The notes under the pieces were generated by a model that was not told the origin of the DNA, ran no database searches, and worked only from the letters and a program-made list of their open reading frames with translations. Positions 1-7,869 of a stretch of DNA of 64,000 bases are shown piece by piece (the first letter of the stretch is position 1; each line of letters begins with the position of its first letter). The position numbers and the translations under genes were made by a program. Where the stretch lies: contig CALVTH010000003.1 in assembly GCA_944360115.1 (NCBI GenBank), positions 6,746-70,745 of the forward strand, written 5' to 3'. The stretch is from an uncultured Clostridia bacterium (GTDB lineage: Bacteria; Bacillota; Clostridia; Christensenellales; CAG-917).

Positions 1-121
1 CATCGTCAAAAAGGTGAAATAACGCTTTCCGCCGCGGTCATTCCGCGGCGGTTCGCGTTCGCGCGCGCAAAGGGCGTCCACTCTTTACGCGCGCCGTCGC
101 ATTTTCAAGGAGATTTCGGCA

Positions 122-1834
122 ATGGCATTAAAAGCGCCCTACCTCGATTTCAAAGACGCCAAGTGCAAGGACTGTTTCCGTTGCCTGAGAGAATGTCCCG
201 TCAAGGCGATACGCTACGAGAATCATCAGGCGAAAATCATCGAACAGAAGTGCATACTTTGCGGGCACTGCACGCTCGTCTGTCCTCAGAACGCCAAGCA
301 GGTGCACAGCGAAGCCGAAAAGGTGGAGCAACTGCTCGCCGAGCGCGACAAGCGCCCCGTCGTCGTCAGTCTCGCTCCCTCTTTCGTGTCGGGCTTCCCA
401 TCCGACGACCCCGAAAAGGTGAAAGCCGCTCTCGTCGGACTGGGCGTCTCCCTCGTCGAAGAAACGGCGATAGGAGCAAAGGCGGTGACGGAAGAATACG
501 CCCGACTGCTCGAGAGCGGCGAGTACAAGAACTTCATCACTTCGGCGTGCCCCGCCGTCAACAGGATGATACAGCTGTACTACCCCGAGGCGCTGCGCTA
601 TCTCGCGCCCGTGCCCTCTCCGATGATTGCCCACGCGAGGATGCTCCGCAAGCGTTATCCCGACGCGGCAATCGTTTTCGTGGGTCCGTGCATTGCCAAG
701 AAACGCGAAGCGGCGGAAAGCGGGCTGGTGGACGCTGTTCTCACATTCGAGGATTTAGCGGCGCTTTTTGCGCGCAAAAACATCGATTTGAGCAAAATCG
801 AACTTGCGGAAGACGGCGAAGCAGCCGCCAACCGCGCGCGCTATTATCCCATTCCCAGCGGCATAATCAAGTCCTTCGAGAAGCTGCCCGAGGGATACGA
901 ATATGTGGCGATTGACGGCGTCAAGCGTTGCGCCGATGTGCTTGCCGAAATAGATTCCCTCGACGGAATGTTCCTCGAAATGAACTGCTGCGAATTTGCC
1001 TGCATAGGCGGTCCCTGCCGCGTCGAAGGCAAGGGCGGCGCAATCAAGGGCAACGAACAGGTCAGTCGCTACGCGGTGGCGAAGGCGGGCGCGAAGCCCG
1101 TCGTCACCGAGGATGTCGACCTCATCGAGGAGCACCCGCGCCTTTCGACGGACGAATTCGTGCCCAGCGAACGCGACATCCGCGCGGTGCTCGCCAGGAC
1201 CGGCAAGACCAAGCCCGAGGACGAACTCAACTGCGGCGCGTGCGGCTACTCCACCTGCCGCGACAAGGCAATCGCCGTCCTCAACGGCTATGCCGACATC
1301 GAGATGTGCCTGCCCTATATGAGAAGCCGCGCCGAGTCGATGAGTTACGAAATCATCCAGAACACGCCCAACGGCATAGTGCTCATGGACAACGATTTCA
1401 AAATCCTCGACATCAACGCCAAGGCGATGCGCATACTCGGCGTCACCGAACACGACATCAAGGGCAAGAACGCCTTCGACTGCTTCGACTGCGAGGATTT
1501 CGTCGCCGCTCTCGCCCAGGGCAAGAATGTCAGCAAGAAAAAGGTGTTCGTGCGGCGCACCAAGAGGTATATGGAGCTGTCCGTCGTCCTGCTCGACGAC
1601 CACAAGGTCATGTTCGGCGTCATGAAGGACATCACCGACAGCGTGGAATACAACGAGAAACTCAACTCCGTCAAGATGGAGACCCTCGCCACCACCGACG
1701 AGGTCATCAAGAAACAGATGCGCGTTGCGCAGGAAATCGCTTCCCTGCTCGGCGAAACCACCGCCGAGACCAAGGTCGCGCTGCTCAAACTCAAACAAAC
1801 TTTGCAGGACGGTTCGGAGGACGACGAGGACTGA
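122..1834 (+). CDS. hydS: Sensory-type [FeFe]-hydrogenase homologue (HydS-like): ferredoxin-type FeS domain + H-cluster domain + extra Cys cluster + C-terminal PAS
   Basis: 570-aa ORF. AAGGAG lies 9 nt before the ATG. N-terminal CxxCxxCxxxCP motifs. H-domain motifs TSACP / GPCIAKKRE / CCEFACIGGPC, where the first Cys of the canonical TSCCP pair is Ala. CGACGYSTC motif followed by a PAS-like segment (IIQNTPNGIVLMDNDFKILDIN). Confidence 0.85.
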   Translation: MALKAPYLDFKDAKCKDCFRCLRECPVKAIRYENHQAKIIEQKCILCGHCTLVCPQNAKQVHSEAEKVEQLLAERDKRPVVVSLAPSFVSGFPSDDPEKVKAALVGLGVSLVEETAIGAKAVTEEYARLLESGEYKNFITSACPAVNRMIQLYYPEALRYLAPVPSPMIAHARMLRKRYPDAAIVFVGPCIAKKREAAESGLVDAVLTFEDLAALFARKNIDLSKIELAEDGEAAANRARYYPIPSGIIKSFEKLPEGYEYVAIDGVKRCADVLAEIDSLDGMFLEMNCCEFACIGGPCRVEGKGGAIKGNEQVSRYAVAKAGAKPVVTEDVDLIEEHPRLSTDEFVPSERDIRAVLARTGKTKPEDELNCGACGYSTCRDKAIAVLNGYADIEMCLPYMRSRAESMSYEIIQNTPNGIVLMDNDFKILDINAKAMRILGVTEHDIKGKNAFDCFDCEDFVAALAQGKNVSKKKVFVRRTKRYMELSVVLLDDHKVMFGVMKDITDSVEYNEKLNSVKMETLATTDEVIKKQMRVAQEIASLLGETTAETKVALLKLKQTLQDGSEDDED

Positions 1835-2994
1835 TGGAACTCTTTCTCGAGACGGGCTTCACTTCCCTCAACAAGAAGGGCGAGGAATTGTGCGGCGACA
1901 AGGTCGAACAGTTTTCCGACGGCGAGACCACCACTCTCGTGCTTGCCGACGGGCTGGGCAGCGGCGTCAAAGCCAACATTCTCGCCACTCTGACATCCAA
2001 AATCCTTTGCACCATGGTGTCCAACGGCGTGGGCATCGAGGAGTGCATCGAGACGGTGGTGCAGACATTGCCCGTATGCAAGGTGCGGCAGGTCGCCTAC
2101 GCCACCTTCTCCGTCGTGCACATCAACCGCGAGGGCAAAGGCTGGCTGTTCGAATTCGACAATCCCGAAGCCATATACATCCACAACGGCAAGTGCGGCA
2201 ACTTCGACAGAAAGGAGTACAACATCCTCGGCAAAAAGGTGTACGCCACCCGTCTCAGTCTGTCGCCCGACGACTATATCGTGCTGATGAGCGACGGCGT
2301 CATACACGCCGGCATAGGGATGTTGCTCAACTTCGGGTGGCTGCGCGACGATGTCATGGAGCACCTCGACAAGAATTTCTTCGAAGGAATGACGGCGCGC
2401 GGCGTGGCGTGTCTGCTGGCGGGCGCGTGCAACGACCTGTATGTCGGCGAGCCCGGCGACGACACCACCGTGGCGGCGCTCCGCATACGCAAGGTGTCCA
2501 AGGTGCGCCTTATGGTGGGTCCCCCCGTCGAGCGCGACCGCGACGATTTCTACATCTCCCGCTTCCTGGAGGGCGAGGGCAAGAAAATCGTGTGCGGCGG
2601 CACCAGCTCGCAGATTGTGGCGCGTCACCTCGGCGAAAAGGTCAGCGCGTCTTTCGAATTCCCCGACAAGGATGTGCCCCCGATAGGCTACATAAAGGGC
2701 ATCGACCTCACCACGGAAGGGGTGCTCACCCTGCGTAAACTGCTCGAACTGAGCGAGGCGTATCTCTCCTCTTCCGACCTCACGCCCAAGCGCTCCAAGA
2801 AGCGCGACGGGGCGTCGTTGCTTGCCAATATGCTCTTCGAGGAAGCCACTCATGTCACCTTCTTCGTGGGACAGAGCATCAACGCCGCGCACCAGGGACT
2901 GCCCATAGACATAACCATGAAACTCAAACTGGTGGAATCTCTCACCGACAACCTCAGAAAAATGGGGAAAGTGGTGGAAGTCAACTACGACTGA
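1834..2994 (+). CDS. PP2C/SpoIIE-family protein phosphatase with an uncharacterised C-terminal domain of about 150 aa
   Basis: The ATG overlaps the hydS stop (ATGA at 1832-1836). GDKVEQF..LVLADGLGSGVKANILA and MSDGVIHAG motifs are typical of SpoIIE-type PP2C. It lies in frame inside track ORF 928..2994. Confidence 0.8.
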   Translation: MELFLETGFTSLNKKGEELCGDKVEQFSDGETTTLVLADGLGSGVKANILATLTSKILCTMVSNGVGIEECIETVVQTLPVCKVRQVAYATFSVVHINREGKGWLFEFDNPEAIYIHNGKCGNFDRKEYNILGKKVYATRLSLSPDDYIVLMSDGVIHAGIGMLLNFGWLRDDVMEHLDKNFFEGMTARGVACLLAGACNDLYVGEPGDDTTVAALRIRKVSKVRLMVGPPVERDRDDFYISRFLEGEGKKIVCGGTSSQIVARHLGEKVSASFEFPDKDVPPIGYIKGIDLTTEGVLTLRKLLELSEAYLSSSDLTPKRSKKRDGASLLANMLFEEATHVTFFVGQSINAAHQGLPIDITMKLKLVESLTDNLRKMGKVVEVNYD

Positions 2995-3060
2995 CGGCGC
3001 GAAAACGCCCCGCCGCTCCGCCCTGAACATAAAACTCCGCCCCGGGACGGGACAAGGACT

Positions 3061-4554
3061 ATGACGACAAACAAAGACCAAAGGAAATTCGACACCAAAG
3101 TTCAGTATCTGCAATACAAAGTGTTGCGCGAAGTCGCGCGCGGCGCGCTCAACGACAATCTTCTGGAGAACATCACGGACATTCCCAAGACCATTATCCC
3201 CGGCAATGTCCCGACGATGCGCTGCTGCGTGTACAAGGAACGCGCAATCATCGCCGAGCGCGTCAAGCTCGCCATGGGCGGCGACCGCTCCAACCCCAAT
3301 GTCATCGAAGTCATCGAGATAGCCTGCGACGACTGCCCCACGGGCGGTTACGAGGTCACCAACGCCTGCCGCGGGTGTCTGGCGCACCGTTGCGAGGATG
3401 TGTGCCGCCGCAACGCCATATCCTTCGACCACCAGCAGAAGGCGCACATCGACAAGAACCTGTGCGTGGAGTGCGGTCAGTGCGCCAAGGTGTGCCCGTA
3501 CAGCGCGATAGTGTCCCGCCGCCGTCCCTGCGAGAATTCCTGCAAGGTCAAGGCGATTTCCATGACGGACGGCAAGGCAGCCTGCATAGACAACAACAAG
3601 TGCATTTCCTGCGGCGCCTGCGTCTATCAGTGCCCCTTCGGCGCAATCATCGACAAATCTTTCCTGCTCGATGTCATCGACATGATGAAAAAGAGCAAGA
3701 ACAACACGGCATACAAGATGTACGCCGTAGTCGCCCCGTCCATTGCCAGCCAGTTCACCTACGCCAAACTCGGTCAGGTCATCACCGGCATAAAGAAACT
3801 GGGATTCTTCAGCGTGGTCGAAGCCGCTCTCGGCGCGGATATGGTGGCGTACAAGGAATCCGCCGAACTCGTCGAAAAGGGCTTCCTCACCTCGTCGTGC
3901 TGCCCCGCTTTCGTCGATTACATCCGCAAACAGTTCCCCGACCTCTCCTCTCACATCTCGCACAACCTCTCGCCCATGGCGACCATTGCCAAATACATCA
4001 AGGAGACCTCCTCGCCCTGCAGAGTCGTTTTCATCGGACCGTGCACGGCGAAGAAAATGGAATTCCAGAAGCCCGAAGTGCGCCCCTACATCGACTCCGT
4101 CATCACCTTCGAGGAGTTGCAGGCGTTCTTCGACGCGGCGGGCGTGGACATCACCACCCTGCACGAGGGAGTGCTGGACAACGCATCCTACTTCGGCAGA
4201 ATATTCGCCAGAAGCGGCGGCATAACCGACGCAGTCGGTCAGGCGCTCAAGGAACAGGGTCTGGACAAGGATTTCGACTACAATCCCGTCACCTGCGACG
4301 GCATAGAGGCGTGCCGCACGGCATTGCTCAAGAAATCCAAAGGCGTGCTGCCCAACAATTTCATCGAAGGCATGGCGTGCGTCAACGGCTGTATCGGCGG
4401 CGCGGGTTGTCTCACCCACGGCGAGAAAAACAAGACCGAGGTGGACATCTACGGCAGGCAGGCTATGGAAAAGAGCATTTCCGACGCAATCAGCGTGCTG
4501 CACCTGTCCTCCGACGACAAAAAACCCGACTCTTCCCCCGCAAAAAACGGTTGA
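3061..4554 (+). CDS. Catalytic-type [FeFe]-hydrogenase with N-terminal ferredoxin-type clusters
   Basis: 497-aa ORF. Several CxxCxxCxxxCP motifs. H-cluster motifs TSSCCP, GPCTAKKME and MACVNGCIGGAGC retain both cysteines. Confidence 0.85.
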   Translation: MTTNKDQRKFDTKVQYLQYKVLREVARGALNDNLLENITDIPKTIIPGNVPTMRCCVYKERAIIAERVKLAMGGDRSNPNVIEVIEIACDDCPTGGYEVTNACRGCLAHRCEDVCRRNAISFDHQQKAHIDKNLCVECGQCAKVCPYSAIVSRRRPCENSCKVKAISMTDGKAACIDNNKCISCGACVYQCPFGAIIDKSFLLDVIDMMKKSKNNTAYKMYAVVAPSIASQFTYAKLGQVITGIKKLGFFSVVEAALGADMVAYKESAELVEKGFLTSSCCPAFVDYIRKQFPDLSSHISHNLSPMATIAKYIKETSSPCRVVFIGPCTAKKMEFQKPEVRPYIDSVITFEELQAFFDAAGVDITTLHEGVLDNASYFGRIFARSGGITDAVGQALKEQGLDKDFDYNPVTCDGIEACRTALLKKSKGVLPNNFIEGMACVNGCIGGAGCLTHGEKNKTEVDIYGRQAMEKSISDAISVLHLSSDDKKPDSSPAKNG

Positions 4555-4579
4555 CATAGCCGTCGGGCGGTTTTATATT
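4551..4579 (+). promoter_or_regulatory. Sigma-70-type promoter for the aro operon leader
   Basis: TTGACA (4551-4556), 17 nt spacer, TATATT (4574-4579). It overlaps the hydrogenase stop codon. Confidence 0.5.
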
Positions 4580-4594
4580 GATAGCGAGGCAAAT

Positions 4595-4678
4595 ATGAAG
4601 AACTTTTCTTTCGACGCGTACTACTTTTACTTTAAGGGCTTTTATCTCGAAAGCCCCGCTTTCGGTATGCGCGGATAA
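4595..4678 (+). CDS. Phe/Tyr-rich leader peptide (27 aa), MKNFSFDAYYFYFKGFYLESPAFGMRG
   Basis: Hand-translated; too short for the ORF track. GAGG lies 6 nt upstream of the ATG. 10 of 27 residues are F or Y, and 7 of the 9 residues 9-17. It sits between the promoter and an intrinsic terminator, upstream of the aroF-tyrA-...-pheA operon. Confidence 0.6.
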   Translation: MKNFSFDAYYFYFKGFYLESPAFGMRG

Positions 4679-4709
4679 GGAAGAAAGTTTTCTCCTTACG
4701 GAATAAGGA

Positions 4710-4741
4710 CCGCCGTACCGAAAGTACGGCGGTTTTGTTTT
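4710..4741 (+). terminator. Intrinsic terminator acting as the attenuator of the aro operon
   Basis: Stem CCGCCGTAC (4710-4718), loop CGAAA, stem GTACGGCGG (4724-4732), then TTTTGTTTT. The upstream segment CTTTCGGTA (4659-4667) is the exact complement of TACCGAAAG (4716-4724), which is a candidate antiterminator. Confidence 0.65.
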
Positions 4742-4819
4742 GGGCGGGCCGCGCTGTCCGCCCGCAGAACACGGGGCGGCTCCGCAAGCCGCGCAGGGGA
4801 CGGCGTCCCGAGAGGAATT

Positions 4820-5836
4820 ATGATTATAGTAGTCAAGAACAATCCCGACAAAAAACAAATGGACAACCTCGTCAAGTGGATAAAGGGACTGGGGCTGGAC
4901 ATCCACATGAGCCGCGGCGACAACACCACCATTATGGGACTTGTCGGCGACACTTCCGTCGTCGACGAGGATTTGCTGCGCTCCCTCGACATAGTCGAGT
5001 CCGTCAAGCGGATTCAGGAGCCTTTCAAGAACGCCAACCGCAAATTCCACCCCGAGGACACCGTCGTCGATGTGGGCGGGCACAAGTTCGGCGGCGGACA
5101 TTTCCAGTTCATCGCGGGTCCCTGCTCCGTTGAGAGCGAGGAACAGCTGATCACCGTCGCGAAAGCCGTCAAAGCGGCGGGCGCGACCATTCTCCGCGGC
5201 GGCGCGTACAAGCCCCGCACTTCGCCCTACGCTTTCCAGGGACTCAAGGAAGAGGGACTGAGACTGCTCTCCGTCGCCAAGAAGGAGACGGGTATGCCCG
5301 TCTGCACCGAAATCGTCGACATACGCTGCCTCGACCTGTACGAGGATGTCGACATCATTCAGGTGGGCGCGCGCAATATGCAGAACTTCGAATTGCTCAA
5401 GGAACTGGGCAGAACCAAAAAACCGATCCTGCTCAAGCGCGGGCTCGCCGCCACCATAGAGGAGTGGCTGATGAGCGCGGAGTACATCATGTCCGAGGGC
5501 AACACCGACATCATTCTGTGCGAGCGCGGCATACGCACCTTCGAGCCGTATACGCGCAACACCCTCGACCTGTCGGCAATCCCCGTTCTGAAGGAACTCA
5601 CTCACCTGCCCGTGCTGGTCGACCCCAGCCACGCTTCGGGACACGCGCGCCTCGTCCTGCCCCTTTCCCTCGCCGCCGTCGGCGCGGGCGCGGAAGGTCT
5701 GGAAATCGAAGTGCACAACGATCCCCCGCACGCTCTGTCGGACGGCGCGCAGTCCCTGCGTCCCGAGCAGTTCGACGACCTCGTGCGCAGAGTTGATGTG
5801 ATGTTGCCCGTCGTCGGCAAGGAGAGAGACAGATGA
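4820..5836 (+). CDS. aroF: 3-deoxy-7-phosphoheptulonate (DAHP) synthase, type I-beta with an N-terminal ferredoxin-like regulatory domain
   Basis: 338-aa ORF. GAGAGG RBS. Motifs of the Thermotoga-type DAHPS/KDO8PS family (GPCSVES, GAYKPRTSPY, VDPSH). Confidence 0.9.
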   Translation: MIIVVKNNPDKKQMDNLVKWIKGLGLDIHMSRGDNTTIMGLVGDTSVVDEDLLRSLDIVESVKRIQEPFKNANRKFHPEDTVVDVGGHKFGGGHFQFIAGPCSVESEEQLITVAKAVKAAGATILRGGAYKPRTSPYAFQGLKEEGLRLLSVAKKETGMPVCTEIVDIRCLDLYEDVDIIQVGARNMQNFELLKELGRTKKPILLKRGLAATIEEWLMSAEYIMSEGNTDIILCERGIRTFEPYTRNTLDLSAIPVLKELTHLPVLVDPSHASGHARLVLPLSLAAVGAGAEGLEIEVHNDPPHALSDGAQSLRPEQFDDLVRRVDVMLPVVGKERDR

Positions 5837-6714
5837 AAGAAACGCGCGTGGGCATAATAGGTCTCGGACTTATGGGCGGCTCGCTGGGGCGCGCTCTCGT
5901 GCGCGCAGGCGGCTATAAAGTGTATGCCGCGGACGCCGACGAGGAAGCCATGCTCAAAGGCGCCCTGCTGAACGCATACGACGAAAGGCTGACCGACGAC
6001 AACGCCCGCGGGCTGGACATACTCGTGCTCGCCGTGACGCCGTCGCAGATGAGAGGGCTTTTCGACCGCTTCCTGCCCCTTCTGAAAGAGGGCGCGCTCG
6101 TCAGCGATGTCGCGGGCGTCAAACGCCCCGTCGTCGCGCTCATGGAAGAATACTCCGCCAAATATCCCGCCCTGTCGTTCTGCGGAGCGCACCCCATGGC
6201 GGGCAGGGAATTCAGCGGCGTGGCGCACTCCACGGCTTCCCTGTACGAGAACGCTTCGGTGCTGCTCGTGCCCGTGCACACTCCCCTCGAAGAACTGTCC
6301 GCACTCAAGGCGATGTACCTCGCGGCTGGCGCGGAAGGCGTGCTCGTGACAACCGCCGAGGAACACGATATAATGATTGCGTACACCTCGCAGCTGGCGC
6401 ATGTCGTGTCGTCGGCTTATGTGCGCGCCGAAAGCGCGGAGAAGCATTACGGATACTCGGCGGGCAGTTTCCGCGACATGACGCGCGTCGCCCGCATGAA
6501 CTCCGCAATGTGGACGGAACTCATGGGCGAAAACGCCGACAATCTCTCCCGCGAAGTGCGCGCCCTTGCGGCGCGACTGCTCGAATACGCCGACGCCCTC
6601 GACAGCGGCGACTCCGCCGCGCTGTACGAGCTGCTGGACGCGGGCAACCGCACCAAGCTGTCGGTGGAGAAGGACAGGATAAAGAAAACCCGCAGCGTGT
6701 TCGACGGCGAATGA
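5833..6714 (+). CDS. tyrA: Prephenate dehydrogenase
   Basis: The ATG overlaps the aroF stop (ATGA). GIIGLGLMGGSLG Rossmann motif and a GAHPMAG motif. Confidence 0.85.
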   Translation: MKETRVGIIGLGLMGGSLGRALVRAGGYKVYAADADEEAMLKGALLNAYDERLTDDNARGLDILVLAVTPSQMRGLFDRFLPLLKEGALVSDVAGVKRPVVALMEEYSAKYPALSFCGAHPMAGREFSGVAHSTASLYENASVLLVPVHTPLEELSALKAMYLAAGAEGVLVTTAEEHDIMIAYTSQLAHVVSSAYVRAESAEKHYGYSAGSFRDMTRVARMNSAMWTELMGENADNLSREVRALAARLLEYADALDSGDSAALYELLDAGNRTKLSVEKDRIKKTRSVFDGE

Positions 6715-6834
6715 CCGCGACCGCTTCGCGTATACTCCGCAAAAGCGGTGTTTATGCGCAATAAACGACATATAAAACGCGTTTTGCGGCAATATGCTCG
6801 CCGCAAGACGCACCCGAAGCAAGGGGGAACGCAA

Positions 6835-7869
6835 ATGGAAATCACCGTGAAAGCAGGCACACGCACCTATCCCGTAATCGTCGAACGCGGCTTGACCGAC
6901 AGGCTCGCCGAGGCGCTGGCGCCTTACGCCGCGGGCAGAAAAGTTGCCGTCGTGACCGACGACAATGTGGCAAAACTGTGGCTGCCGCGGTTGCTTGCCG
7001 CATTGCCCGAGGGCACTCCCGTTTACACGCTGCCCCACGGCGAAAACAGCAAGAACTGGGAGACGGCGGGCAAAATCGTGGAATGGCTGGCGGCGAACAA
7101 ACTGACGCGCACGGACATCGTGGCGGCTTTCGGCGGCGGCGTGGTAGGCGACATAACCGGCTTTGCCGCAAGCGTGTATATGCGCGGCATAGATTATGTG
7201 CAGATTCCCACCACCCTGCTCGCGGGCATAGACTCGTCCGTGGGCGGCAAGACCGCCGTCGACCTGTCGGCGGGCAAAAACCTGGCGGGCAGAATCTATC
7301 CTCCCGCCGCCGTGCTTTTCGACCCCGACATACTGTCCACCCTGCCCCCCACCGAATGGAAGTGCGGCATAGGCGAGGCGGTCAAGTACGCCGTGCTCGC
7401 GGGCGGCGAAATCTTCGACATAATGGAAGACGACCTGAAAAAGGGAGACAACCTCGAAAGGCTGGTCGCCCTCTGCGTGGACTACAAGAGGCGCGTCGTG
7501 GAAGCCGACGAGAACGAAGCGGGCGAGCGTCGTCTCCTCAATCTCGGGCACACGATAGGCCACGCCATAGAAGCCGAAAGCGGGCTGGGATTCCCGCACG
7601 GCGTATGCGTGGCAATGGGCATTGCCGTCATAGCGCGCGCCTGCATAAGGGGCGGACTGCTGGGCAAGGACGATTATCTGCGCATAATGTCGCTGTTGCA
7701 GAAATACGGTTTCCCCGAATGTCCCTATTCCGTCCGCGCAATGCTCCCGCGGCTGGCGCACGACAAAAAACTGACGGACGGCACCCTGAAAGCCGTCGTC
7801 ATACGCTCGGTGGGCAACTGCGAAATCAAGGAGATGTCCCTCGACGAAGCGGAGAAATTTCTCGTATGA
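6835..7869 (+). CDS. aroB: 3-dehydroquinate synthase
   Basis: Internal ATG of track ORF 6748..7869, chosen because AAGGGGGA precedes it and the N-terminus MEITVKAG.. is typical. GGGVVGDITGFAA and LNLGHTIGHAIE motifs. Confidence 0.85.
   Translation: MEITVKAGTRTYPVIVERGLTDRLAEALAPYAAGRKVAVVTDDNVAKLWLPRLLAALPEGTPVYTLPHGENSKNWETAGKIVEWLAANKLTRTDIVAAFGGGVVGDITGFAASVYMRGIDYVQIPTTLLAGIDSSVGGKTAVDLSAGKNLAGRIYPPAAVLFDPDILSTLPPTEWKCGIGEAVKYAVLAGGEIFDIMEDDLKKGDNLERLVALCVDYKRRVVEADENEAGERRLLNLGHTIGHAIEAESGLGFPHGVCVAMGIAVIARACIRGGLLGKDDYLRIMSLLQKYGFPECPYSVRAMLPRLAHDKKLTDGTLKAVVIRSVGNCEIKEMSLDEAEKFLV

Noticed and set aside
1-51. Last 7 codons of an upstream plus-strand gene (…IVKKVK, stop at 20-22), followed by the hairpin CCGCCGCGG-TCATT-CCGCGGCGG.
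   Set aside because: It is too short to identify, and the hairpin has no U-tract, so I do not report it as a feature.
1345-4557. 1070-aa minus-strand ORF spanning the hydS, PP2C and hydA genes. Similar very long ORFs occur at 20152..23925(-), 5602..7887(-), 24977..27172(+), 28859..30667(+), 30519..32243(+), 32531..34276(+), 36736..38448(+), 17697..19307(-), 9848..11362(-), 60686..62116(-) and 62183..63928(-).
   Set aside because: Each lies antisense to, or out of frame with, an ORF that has unmistakable family motifs, RBSs and operon logic. Their translations are R/A/G/H/V-rich low-complexity strings with no recognisable domains, which is the expected stop-codon-poor shadow frame of GC-rich coding DNA.
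4580-4819. Possibility that the aro leader is a T-box riboswitch or another known riboswitch.
   Set aside because: I looked for the conserved T-box sequence (AANNNGGGTGGTACCGCG-like) and a specifier-loop arrangement and did not find them. The segment GGACCGCCGTACCG only superficially resembles it. The leader-peptide model explains the features better. A covariance-model scan would settle this.
6748-6834. Longer aroB start at 6748 (MFMRNKRHIKR...).
   Set aside because: The upstream extension is highly basic, lacks an RBS and is not part of the AroB fold. ATG 6835 has AAGGGGGA upstream and gives a typical N-terminus. The true start remains unverified.
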